A DNA stretch of 64,000 nt from Candidatus Thorarchaeota archaeon (GCA_004524445.1 SDNP01000003.1:54798-118797), one strand, 5' to 3'. Positions 25,429-35,299 are shown, numbered from the stretch's first letter. Made by a program: numbers and translations. Notes: a model not told the origin generated them from the sequence alone.

Positions 25429-26322
25429 TTATTTTATCTCTAGCATGAGACCTTTCAATCTATTCGTAATATCAAGTGCATCTTCCCACTCTCTTTGCCA
25501 GACATTGCGACCAAATATTAGACCAGTAGCACCCTGTTCAAGGCAGACTTTTGCCCGATGTAACAGGTCCTCATCACTAATCTTGCTTCCACCAGAGAAG
25601 AGAACTTTTGTACGTCCAGCCGATTTTATGACCTTTCTAACGCGTCCTTCATAATCTAGCTCAAGGCTATCGTAAGGGGCAGGTTGATCATTACGAGTTT
25701 CTGGGTCATCTTCAGGCACATTTAACTTGACAATGTCGGCACCCAACTCATTTGCCACTCTAGCTGCATAATCGACTGCATAGAGTGAGTCGCGACCCCC
25801 TTTCTTGGCTATTGCTGAGCCCCGAGGATAGGACCACATGATAATCGGCATACCATATCTCTCAGCTTTTTTCTTTACTTGTCTAAATTGCGTGAAATCT
25901 GCAACCTGATTTGGACTTCCTACATACAAGGTATACCCAACAGCATCAGCACCAATCCTCACTGCATCTTCAACAGAGCCAGTCATTGGTGATAGTGCAT
26001 TGTCATCAGAGGGAATTCTTGTTTTGCCGTTTATCTTAAGGACAATGGGCACGCTTCCCGCATACTTCCTCGCATATTTCTCAGCAAGTCCCAAGTGCAG
26101 AGCAATACCAGAGAATCCACCCTCCTTTGCCAGTCTAAACTGGAAATCGGGGTCTTCAGAAACAGGATTTGGGAAGAAGTCCACCGGACCGTGCTCCATT
26201 CCTTGATCAATTGGGAGAATGAGAAGATGACCATTCCCCGGTCCATGTTCATACATCATTCTGTGCAGCCGCACGCGTTTCCCTAGATTCAGCTGCTCCA
26301 TTTCATCCAGAAGGTCCGTCAT
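25429..26322 (-). CDS. fbaB: Class I fructose-bisphosphate aldolase (DhnA/FbaB family)
   Basis: PIDQGMEHGP, WSYPRG, YAARVANELGADIVK, SGG, GRNVWQ. Confidence 0.9.
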   Translation of the reverse strand: MTDLLDEMEQLNLGKRVRLHRMMYEHGPGNGHLLILPIDQGMEHGPVDFFPNPVSEDPDFQFRLAKEGGFSGIALHLGLAEKYARKYAGSVPIVLKINGKTRIPSDDNALSPMTGSVEDAVRIGADAVGYTLYVGSPNQVADFTQFRQVKKKAERYGMPIIMWSYPRGSAIAKKGGRDSLYAVDYAARVANELGADIVKLNVPEDDPETRNDQPAPYDSLELDYEGRVRKVIKSAGRTKVLFSGGSKISDEDLLHRAKVCLEQGATGLIFGRNVWQREWEDALDITNRLKGLMLEIK

Positions 26323-26446
26323 GTTATCTTACCTACAGAATGCTCTGCTCATTTCCCTTATGAATGATTAGACCATTGATACTAGCATCAATTATGATGC
26401 AAAAACCACAAATTGCACGGTGACAATGGAAGAGTGTGTGAGAGAT

Positions 26447-27274
26447 ATGCCTGAAAAGAGAGTATCTGCAGATAGACCAGTCACCCAGGAAAGAGAACAA
26501 TACCATCTTGAGGTCAAGGAGGGAGATGTGGCTTCGACAGTTATAGTCCCAGGCGACCCGGGGCGAGTTGAGAAGATAAGCTCCCAATGGGACGAGGCCT
26601 CAGAAGTTGCCAGACACCGACAATTCGTCACTCATACTGGAAAATACAAGAATGCGCCAATCTCAGCATGTTCAACAGGAATTGGAGGGCCAGGCGCAGC
26701 GATTGTAGTCGAAGAGCTTGCCAATGTTGGCGCGCGTAATTTTCTCAGGGTAGGGTCTACTGCCACCTTAAAGCCCGATATCGAAATTGGTGATTTGATT
26801 ATTTCCACGGGAGCTGTTAGGTTAGAGGGAACGAGCAGGCAATATGTTCGGCAAGAGTATCCAGCAAGTCCGTCATACGAGTTCATTCTAGCACTGATTG
26901 AAGCAGCCGAGTCACTCGGTGTCACTTATCATCTTGGACTATCTGCATCCACAGATTCCTTCTACTTGGGACAGTCGCGTCCCGGGTTCCAAGGATATAC
27001 CCAGAGTTTCAGTGAACAACTAATCACGGATTTGACCAAAGCTAACGTTGCGAACTTCGAGATGGAGGCAGCAACTATATTCACTCTAGGCAACATTTAC
27101 GGATTCAGAACTGGTGCAGTTTGTGCCGTATATGCTAATCGTGTTAGAAATGAGTTTGAGGTAAAAGGCGAGAAAGATGTGATTAGATGCGGAAATGAAG
27201 CTGTTAAGATTCTTCATGAAATGGATGAAGAGAAAGGCGATAAGGAGAAGAAGTACTGGATGCGCGGTCTCTAG
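26447..27274 (+). CDS. udp: Uridine/purine nucleoside phosphorylase (NP-I)
   Basis: QYHL, PGDPGR, STGIGGP, RVGS, FYLGQ.R, NFEME. Confidence 0.88.
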   Translation: MPEKRVSADRPVTQEREQYHLEVKEGDVASTVIVPGDPGRVEKISSQWDEASEVARHRQFVTHTGKYKNAPISACSTGIGGPGAAIVVEELANVGARNFLRVGSTATLKPDIEIGDLIISTGAVRLEGTSRQYVRQEYPASPSYEFILALIEAAESLGVTYHLGLSASTDSFYLGQSRPGFQGYTQSFSEQLITDLTKANVANFEMEAATIFTLGNIYGFRTGAVCAVYANRVRNEFEVKGEKDVIRCGNEAVKILHEMDEEKGDKEKKYWMRGL

Positions 27275-27285
27275 TAGATTATGCT

Positions 27286-29100
27286 CTACTTCCCAACGTA
27301 GTAGTATTCATTCGCCGCCTTCTGTTGCTGATCAAGCTGAGAACCCTCCTTGTTGACTCGAGGTCTTCCTGTCTGAGGATCTCGTCGGAATGTGACTCCC
27401 ATCTGGGATAAGAAGGCATTCATACCCTTTCGCAGGGTCATGACTTGTGAGGCTCTGCCTTTCTTCCCAGGAATGCCATCAAAGACCACCATACTATCGC
27501 TCAAATAATCAGCCATGAGAATTGAGTGCTCTACAACAAATGCAGTTCTCAATTTATCTTGGACAAGTTTGCGTATAGCGCGCGAGGAAGCCAGACGCTG
27601 TTCAATGTCCAAGAAGGCAGATGGTTCATCCAGGAGGTAAATGTCCGCGTCCCTCGCAAGACATGCAGCTATTGCGGCTCGCTGTAATTCTCCACCACTG
27701 AGGTCTGCAACACCATGATCAATAAGATGCTCCAGACCAAGTCTTCGAATCACCGTGGTCTTGAAATCCGCAGTGTCTACGTTGTTACCGCCAGCCTCGC
27801 GCAAATACATCCGCACAGTCCCAGGGTAGTTCTGCTCGATGTACTGAGGCTTGTAACTCACCTTCAACTCGAAACCAGTAGCGGTCTGCGTTGGAACCTC
27901 ACCCACGTCTGGCTCTAATATACCTGCCAACATCTTTACGAAGGTTGTCTTGCCAATACCATTAGGTCCCAGAATTCCTACAATCTGACCCTTTTTCACA
28001 CTGCCACCTTGAACTTCTAGCTCGAAGTCCTCAAACTGCTTCTTCATATCTTGGTACTCGAGCAGAGTCTTTGCTCCAGCAAACTCATTATCTTGTGCGG
28101 TCATACCTTTGAAAGAAATGGAAGTGTCTCTGAATCGCATATTTTCGTCTGGAATATACCCATCGAGGAATATATTAATGCCAACTCTCGTTCCATGTGG
28201 ATGGGACACTATTCCGTATACACCGGGATCACCGTAGAACATGCAAATCAAATCTGATACGTAGTCCAAAATAGAGAGGTCATGCTCCACAACTACTACT
28301 GTCTTGCCCATCTCTGAGAGTTCTCTTATGGCTCGGCCGACGCGGAGTCGTTCTCGGACATCAAGATATGCAGTCGGTTCATCGAAGAAGTACACGTCGC
28401 CTTCACGTATGATCGCTGCAGTAATAGCAACTCGCTGTAATTCCCCACCGCTTAGAAACTTAATAGGTCGTTCCCAAATATCAGTTAGATTCATTGTTGT
28501 CTTAAGCTCATTCAACCGTCCTGAGGAATCAGCGCTCTCAAGTAATTCATGAATCGGTTTGTCTGCAATCGATTCCATTTTGGGAAGTTCGGTTATTGTC
28601 TGAGGTTTGTGAATTGGTGTGATTTCATTTGACCTGATTTTTTCGAAAAATGGTTGAAGTTCAGACCCTCGGTATTGTAGAATAATCTCATCCCAATCGG
28701 GAGGATCATCAATTCGTCCAAGGTTTGGTTTCAATTCCCCGGCCAAGATTTGAATTGCAGTTGTCTTGCCGACTCCATTGGGTCCTATCAAGCCCAAGAC
28801 CTTTCCTTCTTTGGGAATAGGCATCCTAAATAGCTCGAATCCATTGACACCGAAACGGTGTGTACCATCGCTTTTCAACTTCTCAGGCAGGTTAACTACT
28901 GTAATGACATGGAAGGGACATTTTTTAACGCACATAGCAGCGCCTGAACAGAGCTCCTCAACGATAATAGGGGGTTTATCAGGCCCGTCTGGAAAAATGA
29001 CTGTTTCATCTCCAGTTCTAACTCTGGGACAAAATCGTCTGCACTCATGATTGCAATCTGTTGGTCTGCATCGTTCACGGTCAATAACAGAGATACGCAT
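27286..29100 (-). CDS. rli: ABCE1/RLI ribosome recycling ATPase
   Basis: N-terminal Fe-S domain, two NBDs (GPNGVGKT, GPNGIGKT, LSGGELQR twice), C-terminal TFRRD..GRPRVNK. Confidence 0.96.
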   Translation of the reverse strand: MRISVIDRERCRPTDCNHECRRFCPRVRTGDETVIFPDGPDKPPIIVEELCSGAAMCVKKCPFHVITVVNLPEKLKSDGTHRFGVNGFELFRMPIPKEGKVLGLIGPNGVGKTTAIQILAGELKPNLGRIDDPPDWDEIILQYRGSELQPFFEKIRSNEITPIHKPQTITELPKMESIADKPIHELLESADSSGRLNELKTTMNLTDIWERPIKFLSGGELQRVAITAAIIREGDVYFFDEPTAYLDVRERLRVGRAIRELSEMGKTVVVVEHDLSILDYVSDLICMFYGDPGVYGIVSHPHGTRVGINIFLDGYIPDENMRFRDTSISFKGMTAQDNEFAGAKTLLEYQDMKKQFEDFELEVQGGSVKKGQIVGILGPNGIGKTTFVKMLAGILEPDVGEVPTQTATGFELKVSYKPQYIEQNYPGTVRMYLREAGGNNVDTADFKTTVIRRLGLEHLIDHGVADLSGGELQRAAIAACLARDADIYLLDEPSAFLDIEQRLASSRAIRKLVQDKLRTAFVVEHSILMADYLSDSMVVFDGIPGKKGRASQVMTLRKGMNAFLSQMGVTFRRDPQTGRPRVNKEGSQLDQQQKAANEYYYVGK

Positions 29101-29257
29101 TCCGGGGTCAACACCAATACTGATTCAAAGAGGTTGAGCTCTCACCGCTTTATAGCGATTTGGCTAGATGATTTCTCGGTCGTATCCAATATAGGAACTA
29201 TGGCACCATTGCAAAACCTTTTGTTGCCAATAAACAAGGTCGAGTTGGGCCGTAAAA

Positions 29258-29503
29258 ATGGACATCATCAATCGATTCCTAGGATTATTTGGTATCAATA
29301 GAACAGCAATGACCGGGGCCATGAGTGAGAAATCGGATCTGAAGGCCCAAATCGATTTTCTCAGGAATAGGCTCTTCATGAAAATAACAGGACGACGATT
29401 AACATCTCATGATATCAGCAGTCTGTCCCGCAATCAAAAGAATCTCGATAACTTGCACAGACTCTCTCCAGCAAGAAGACTAAGGAGAGGCACCCTAGAA
29501 TAA
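29258..29503 (+). CDS. Small basic hypothetical protein
   Basis: 81-aa ORF divergent from rli, amphipathic N-terminus; no recognised family. Confidence 0.4.
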   Translation: MDIINRFLGLFGINRTAMTGAMSEKSDLKAQIDFLRNRLFMKITGRRLTSHDISSLSRNQKNLDNLHRLSPARRLRRGTLE

Positions 29504-29520
29504 GCCCTATGACTCTCAGC

Positions 29521-29594
29521 ACGGGATGATGACAGCAGTAGAGGGGAAAATACGCCTCATCAGCGTGATGACCGATAAACCGCAATCTGACCGT
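29521..29594 (+). ncRNA. Box C/D guide sRNA candidate
   Basis: Terminal stem ACGG/CCGT, box C ATGATGA (29526), box C' GTGATGA (29565), box D CTGA (29587); intergenic; D' box not clear. Confidence 0.7.
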
Positions 29595-29651
29595 ACTTTG
29601 TGAAATCAGAGAGGGAATGTATTCTGCTACAATATCTGGAGGTTTGACAAT

Positions 29652-30062
29652 CTGAGTCCTTTTCGATGCAATCATGATGGGTCATGTGATAGAGTCAGGC
29701 TGTGTTGCATAGATACAGAGATGACTTTGACGATGGCAGATATTAACCGAATCAGAAGATTGGGATATGATCCTGATGACTTCATGAAGATTGCAGAAGA
29801 CGGATTCGCTGAGCTTCGGAATATTGATGGTTGTTGTTACTTTTATGATGTTGAATCTGCAAGCTGCAAGGTTTATCAACACAGACCCGAGGGCTGCAGG
29901 TATTACCCGATTGTATATGACATGGCTTTAGAGAAATGTGTTGTTGACAATGAGTGCCCGTCTGGCTCAACCATATCACAAGATGAGATTGATTCGATCT
30001 GTCTGGTGGTTAAGAGACTTGTAGAAACGTTAGTGAGTGAGGCAAGGAATGTTGAGAGATAG
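29652..30062 (+). CDS. YkgJ/UPF0153 cysteine-cluster protein (probable CTG start)
   Basis: CYFYD..CKVYQHRPEGCRYYP; the N-terminal FRC..C..CC motif lies upstream of ATG 29721; GGAGGT SD before CTG 29652. Confidence 0.8.
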   Translation: MSPFRCNHDGSCDRVRLCCIDTEMTLTMADINRIRRLGYDPDDFMKIAEDGFAELRNIDGCCYFYDVESASCKVYQHRPEGCRYYPIVYDMALEKCVVDNECPSGSTISQDEIDSICLVVKRLVETLVSEARNVER

Positions 30063-30906
30063 GGCAGATTTGCATCTGCATTCGAATTATTCGGACGGAG
30101 TTCAAAGCCCGACTGAGATCATCAGAAGCGCGGAGAAGATCGGATTAGCGGGCATAGCTCTGACTGACCATGATACCCTGGACGGGCTCAGTGAGTTTAT
30201 GACTGCAACAACATCGAACTCTTTGAAGCGAGTTCCTGGTGTCGAAATCAGCACTGAGACGGACGGACGTGAGGCGCACGTATTAGGGTATCATGTTCCG
30301 GAGAAACCTGTGATGCTCCTCAAGGAGCTACATAATCTTGCAAGAGCGCGGCAGAGAAGGATTCCGAAGATGGTAAACAAACTCCAAGAGCTTGGGTACG
30401 ATATTAGTCATGCTGAAGTTCAAAATGCGCTTCGCAATGCGTCGAGCCCGGGGAGACCCCATGTTGCCAGACTGCTCGTAAAGAAAGGATTGGTAGATTC
30501 TGTGGAGGAAGCATTTGGCAAGCTTTTGGGGGCAGGAAAACCCGCATATGTTAGGAAGGAAAGGATGGATACAAAGAGGGCGATCCTACTATTGAGAACG
30601 GAAGGAGCTGTACCCGTTCTCGCCCATCCGCTCACTATTCCAAATGCTAATCTTAGAGAACTCTTCATTGAACTATTGGGAATCGGACTTGAGGGGGTTG
30701 AAATCGAATATGATTATGGTCATCTTGATGTGAAACGGAAGAAGAAAGATGTAAGAGATGCTATGGAGGGTCTGGACCTGATAGTAACTGGTGGAAGTGA
30801 CTCACATGGTGAACCCTCCCACGGTCATATCGGAGATGTCACAGTGCCTGTATCGGTCATTGATGAGTTACATGAGGCAGCCAGGCGGATAAGAAAAAGT
30901 GGGTGA
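30049..30906 (+). CDS. PHP-family phosphoesterase (TrpH/YciV-like)
   Basis: DLHLHSNYSDG, TDHD, GVEIS, GRPH, LAHP, GGSDSHG. Confidence 0.92.
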   Translation: MLRDRADLHLHSNYSDGVQSPTEIIRSAEKIGLAGIALTDHDTLDGLSEFMTATTSNSLKRVPGVEISTETDGREAHVLGYHVPEKPVMLLKELHNLARARQRRIPKMVNKLQELGYDISHAEVQNALRNASSPGRPHVARLLVKKGLVDSVEEAFGKLLGAGKPAYVRKERMDTKRAILLLRTEGAVPVLAHPLTIPNANLRELFIELLGIGLEGVEIEYDYGHLDVKRKKKDVRDAMEGLDLIVTGGSDSHGEPSHGHIGDVTVPVSVIDELHEAARRIRKSG

Positions 30907-31403
30907 GCCTCATCATGGATCGCTTCATTATCGACGCAATGCTTGGCAGACTCGCACTCTGGTTAAGGCTTGCAGGTGTCGACACAATATATGAAACAGA
31001 CCTCGAAGATGATAGAATAATAAAGATAGCTGCATCTGAAAACCGAACCATTCTCACCTCTGATGCCAACCTCAATCAAAGAGCAATGAAAGAAGGAGTC
31101 CAAAGCATGTTGGTGAGAGGGGCAGTGGACTATAGAATTGCGAAAATATTCCATGAATTCAACATTTCGCCGGAAGTGGATCCTGATGAGGCGAGATGCT
31201 CAAAATGTAATGGAGAGCTCGTAAAGATATCTACAGACGAAAAGAGCAAGATTCGCGAGTTCGTGCATAAACAGACCTATGACCACTATGACGTTTTCTG
31301 GTACTGTCCTGATTGTGATGCAGTATATTTCCAGGGGGGTTATTGGGATAACATTCAGAAATACATGGAACATATCTCCCGACTAATGGAGGCCATGGAC
31401 TAA
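30903..31403 (+). CDS. Mut7-C RNase (PIN-like) domain protein
   Basis: FIIDAMLGRLALWLR..G.D, RCSKCNG, CPDC..YFQG. Confidence 0.9.
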   Translation: MSLIMDRFIIDAMLGRLALWLRLAGVDTIYETDLEDDRIIKIAASENRTILTSDANLNQRAMKEGVQSMLVRGAVDYRIAKIFHEFNISPEVDPDEARCSKCNGELVKISTDEKSKIREFVHKQTYDHYDVFWYCPDCDAVYFQGGYWDNIQKYMEHISRLMEAMD

Positions 31404-31424
31404 GCTGAGATAGAGAACAGGAGC

Positions 31425-31877
31425 CTATTCTATTTCGCGAACTGAGATGTTGTATTCGATGGGGATGCAGTCCTTTGTTGAACGTGTTAATGGACAGTAT
31501 TTTTTTGCCTGTTCAATGCAACGCTCACCGAGGTAAAGATCATCCTCAGCAACAACTACTTCTCCAGTGATTTCGAATTTGGAGATCGAATAGCCTGAAC
31601 CATCGAATTGAACCAGCAACCTCCCATGAAGATTGAAAGAAATGAGATTGAGATTTGACATTCGCTGGATATCGAGAAATGTATTGTTGATACAACCCAA
31701 AATCCCTGCAATGAATAATCTATAGGGGCACAAGCCTTGACCTCTACCACCGTAAACCTTGGGAGTATCGAAGATTAATTCATTATCCCGCAGTGTGGCT
31801 GTGCCTCCCGTCTTTCCATCCCACTCAGTACTGGCCATATACTCCATTTTTTCTGGATATTTAGACTTGAGATTCAT
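31425..31877 (-). CDS. OsmC/Ohr family protein
   Basis: FDTP..YGG.G..CP..LF...GC and YCPL motifs; start moved to ATG 31877. Confidence 0.8.
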   Translation of the reverse strand: MNLKSKYPEKMEYMASTEWDGKTGGTATLRDNELIFDTPKVYGGRGQGLCPYRLFIAGILGCINNTFLDIQRMSNLNLISFNLHGRLLVQFDGSGYSISKFEITGEVVVAEDDLYLGERCIEQAKKYCPLTRSTKDCIPIEYNISVREIE

Positions 31878-32001
31878 AGGGAGGTCCTCGGATGGGGCGA
31901 TTCCCGCTAGAGCATAAGCATTTTGGTTGATACGATTTGCTAGCAAGTCATTTAAACCAGATGGGTCGTCCTTCCCATGTGTGAATGCGATGGGTCGGCG
32001 C

Positions 32002-33033
32002 ATGAAAGCTGCAATGTTCTACGATATTGGAGATGTACGATACGAAGAAACAGATGTTCCTCAAATTGGAAGAGGTGAACTGCTTATTCGTATCGGGAAG
32101 GCATTGACCTGTGGGACAGATGTTAAGACCTACAAGAGAGGACATCCACTTCTCCTGAGAAAGACTCCAGCTTTGTTTGGTCATGAATATGCTGGTGTAG
32201 TTGAGGAAACGGGGGAAGGTGTGGAGCAATTCGAACCAGGAATGAGAGTTGTTGCGACGAACTCGGCACCTTGTGGAAGTTGCTTTTTTTGCAAAAGAAA
32301 TAGTCCAAATCTCTGCAAGCAACTCAAGAATACCCTGGTGAATGGAGCATTTGCAGAATACATCCGGGTTCCTGAACCGGTTGTTAAATGGAATACGCAC
32401 CAGATACCTGATTCTCTACCATTTGAACAAGCGGCATTAACAGAGCCCCTTGCATGCGTAGTTCATGGAATAGAAGAGGCGGGCATAGAAGTTGGGGACA
32501 CAGTTGCCGTCATTGGAGCCGGACCAATAGGGCAGATGTTGATCATGCTCGCTAAAAAGAGAGGTGCATCTACTGTAGTTGCTTCAGACCTAGCAGAACT
32601 TAGACGCAGTATGGCAACCAAGGCGGGCGCAGACATTATTATTGATCCAGCAAGGACAAACCCAATCGAAATTGTCAGAGAAGAAACCTCTGGATACGGA
32701 GCAGATGTTGTAATAGAGGCGGTCGGTCTTCCTAGCACTTGGGAACAGGCAGTCAAGATGACCAGAGATGCAGGAACAACGGTTCTCTTCGGGGGTGCTG
32801 CCACAGGCACTACGTTTGAGGTGGATACAGGACGCTTCCATTACGGACAGCTCACCATTAAGGGAGTCTTTCATCTGAAGCCAAAGCATGTGGAGCAAGC
32901 ATTAAGCCTGCTGAAAGCAGGGGATATAGACACGGATATCTTGATTTCAGATGAGATGCCGCTCAGCAGAATTACTGACGCGTTGGAGATGATGGGAGAA
33001 GGCAAGAGTATGAAAATTGCAATTCTTCCCTGA
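32002..33033 (+). CDS. Zn-dependent dehydrogenase (threonine/sorbitol dehydrogenase-like)
   Basis: CGTD, GHE, CGSCFFC..C, EPLAC, GAGPIG. Confidence 0.9.
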   Translation: MKAAMFYDIGDVRYEETDVPQIGRGELLIRIGKALTCGTDVKTYKRGHPLLLRKTPALFGHEYAGVVEETGEGVEQFEPGMRVVATNSAPCGSCFFCKRNSPNLCKQLKNTLVNGAFAEYIRVPEPVVKWNTHQIPDSLPFEQAALTEPLACVVHGIEEAGIEVGDTVAVIGAGPIGQMLIMLAKKRGASTVVASDLAELRRSMATKAGADIIIDPARTNPIEIVREETSGYGADVVIEAVGLPSTWEQAVKMTRDAGTTVLFGGAATGTTFEVDTGRFHYGQLTIKGVFHLKPKHVEQALSLLKAGDIDTDILISDEMPLSRITDALEMMGEGKSMKIAILP

Positions 33034-33040
33034 TGATTCG

Positions 33041-33490
33041 TTGAAGGAGCAGGATTCATTGGAATATCGAAGCGAAGAAAAACTCGATGAGAATGAGCGG
33101 GAACTCATCGATCTTTTTAGTTCATTAGATGAAAGGTTTGAGCCAATGGTAGTCCTAGTGGAGGGGAAGCGAGATGAGCAGGTTCTAAGAGATCTTGGAG
33201 TTAAAGCACCAATAATCCGTACTCAGTCTTGGAGAAGCAGGGTACAGCTATTCAGGCATATTGAGAGAATGGTCGAAAATAAGCGGGGCGTTGTTATACT
33301 AACAGATTTTGATAGAGAGGGCAAAGAAATCAAAAAAGAAATTGCCAAAGAATTGCAAATTCTGAAGATTCCATTATTGACACAAGCACGGAGAGAAATA
33401 GGAAAAGCAATGGGAAATTATCGTTGCATAGAGGAACTGGTTGCGCTGTTCAAGAAGAAAGATTCTCCGGTACCTGCAAGTGACCTTTGA
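33041..33490 (+). CDS. Small TOPRIM-domain protein
   Basis: VLVEGKRD and ILTDFDREG motifs. Confidence 0.88.
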   Translation: MKEQDSLEYRSEEKLDENERELIDLFSSLDERFEPMVVLVEGKRDEQVLRDLGVKAPIIRTQSWRSRVQLFRHIERMVENKRGVVILTDFDREGKEIKKEIAKELQILKIPLLTQARREIGKAMGNYRCIEELVALFKKKDSPVPASDL

Positions 33491-35282
33491 GAAGTTGCCA
33501 ATACTTTCTGAACAAGGATTCAAGAATTAACATTACTGGAACTGCAAGAAGCAGGAGAAATGTTGCAGGTCCGGCATATACTGTCAATAACTCTCCAGAA
33601 ACAGCAAATACTCCAGCGAAAAAGAAGTATGCAATTGATAGAGCAATCAAAAGGGGAATCCAGACAATGACCGTCAATTGCAGCGGTATCCCGTGACGCG
33701 TAGATGACAATGCAATGATGAGAGAAAACAGAATGATGATGAGAGAGAGAAACCATCCGCTCAAACCAAGGAAATTCCCAAAAATCTCCATGAAATCCAA
33801 CAGGGAGATTTCAACTCGCCCACTGATTCCAAAGTAAGGAAGTAGAAAACCGGATACCATCATGACGATACCGACAAGGATGGGGAGTTCTCTGACTGTT
33901 TTTGCTAGGGTTGGATGCCACCCCGTCATCTTACTAATTGCAACTAGTCCCAACCCAGACAGTAGGCTAATGAGAGGGACGATGAAACTCCCGCCTCGAG
34001 CAATATGAATCCCTGATGAGGTATAGATGATGCCGTCCCTCATTCCACTCACAAAGAAAGAGATTTTTCCTATGTGAGTTGGAACTAAGTCAAAGATGAA
34101 ACCATTGGGGGTTTTTTCCATCTCAGATATTTGCCAAGGTGATCCAGGATCACCCGTCCGCCAACATACACTCAATGGCAAATCTGAAGTAACGTTAGCG
34201 GATATCCTCAAGGTCCAGCCATAGATTGAAATCTCTTCTCTTTGAGTAACAGTAATTGTTGGGTATTCCTCATCGTTTGCAAAGATGGAATTAACCCACT
34301 CTATGATCACAGAAGTCCAAGTGGGGTCAATGAAATGACCTGAATTAGGTAACAAACTCAAAGTGAGCGGAGCAGATATTGCATGAATCGTATCATGAAC
34401 GCATAATAGAGGAAAGAATGGGTCATTGGTACCCGCAAACATAAGCACAGGGGTTGTGAGTTGCCTAGCATATGCAATTGGATCGAACCATTTGATAGCG
34501 TCATTTATTGTCTTTGAGTCCAGTTTTTCATCAGGAAGAAACAAGCTATTCAGGAATGTCCCGGAACGAAGAGATTCATTTAGATTACCTGCTGCAATCA
34601 TTGGCACCGAACCATCAACTCGTTCATCTATGGCTGACAGAATAATAGACTGGATTCCACCCATAGAGCCTCCAGCAACAATCACATCTGAAACAAAGGG
34701 GAGTGAATCCAATAGAGTCACAGCTCGGGCTGCTGACCATACAGAGTGATAGAGATGAGCAGACTCGGGACCGGAAGATACATCCAAAAAAGTATCGGAG
34801 TTCAGAGGAGGATAGGCAGTAGATTCTCCAGAATCAGGTGCGTCAATTGCCATGGCAATGATTCCAGCTGCTGCAAGGTCATTCATTATTCCCATGAAGG
34901 TGGAGGAACTGCTACCGTACCCATGAAGGATTAGGATAGCAGGATGAGTTCCGGTTTGATTCGCTTGTCTGGCGACCGTCGAATGTATTCTTACTTCAAT
35001 CGAATTAATCTCATCGCTTCGGTAGGTGAATTGCCACCTTTCAAGAGCTACTTGCGTTGATTCTGTTTCATGGATGATGACCGAAGTTGATATGTTAGTA
35101 ATATCAAGTGGCTCATCTTCTGCCGGCCCGAGATCCCAAAAGTCGGTTTCATGATAATCGGAGGATGCAGGTAGAGAATGCCGTATCGGATATTGATTCC
35201 CAATCCAGAATATTAGGGATATCACTGAACCAAGAAAGACGAGTAGGACTAGGGTCAATGCTGCTGCTTGATTTCTGTTCAT
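33450..35282 (-). CDS. Membrane-bound alpha/beta-hydrolase (esterase/peptidase-like) with C-terminal multi-TM domain
   Basis: N-terminal signal anchor; HGY, GGSMGG (Ser), GTNDPFF (Asp), SGHF (His); about 5 C-terminal TM helices. Confidence 0.85.
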   Translation of the reverse strand: MNRNQAAALTLVLLVFLGSVISLIFWIGNQYPIRHSLPASSDYHETDFWDLGPAEDEPLDITNISTSVIIHETESTQVALERWQFTYRSDEINSIEVRIHSTVARQANQTGTHPAILILHGYGSSSSTFMGIMNDLAAAGIIAMAIDAPDSGESTAYPPLNSDTFLDVSSGPESAHLYHSVWSAARAVTLLDSLPFVSDVIVAGGSMGGIQSIILSAIDERVDGSVPMIAAGNLNESLRSGTFLNSLFLPDEKLDSKTINDAIKWFDPIAYARQLTTPVLMFAGTNDPFFPLLCVHDTIHAISAPLTLSLLPNSGHFIDPTWTSVIIEWVNSIFANDEEYPTITVTQREEISIYGWTLRISANVTSDLPLSVCWRTGDPGSPWQISEMEKTPNGFIFDLVPTHIGKISFFVSGMRDGIIYTSSGIHIARGGSFIVPLISLLSGLGLVAISKMTGWHPTLAKTVRELPILVGIVMMVSGFLLPYFGISGRVEISLLDFMEIFGNFLGLSGWFLSLIIILFSLIIALSSTRHGIPLQLTVIVWIPLLIALSIAYFFFAGVFAVSGELLTVYAGPATFLLLLAVPVMLILESLFRKYWQLLKGHLQVPENLSS

Positions 35283-35299
35283 TTATCCCCGCACCGCAT

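Noticed and set aside
31878-32003. Overlapping divergent ORFs (OsmC and dehydrogenase)
   Set aside because: Artefact of longest-ORF calling; better starts exist at 31877 and 32002
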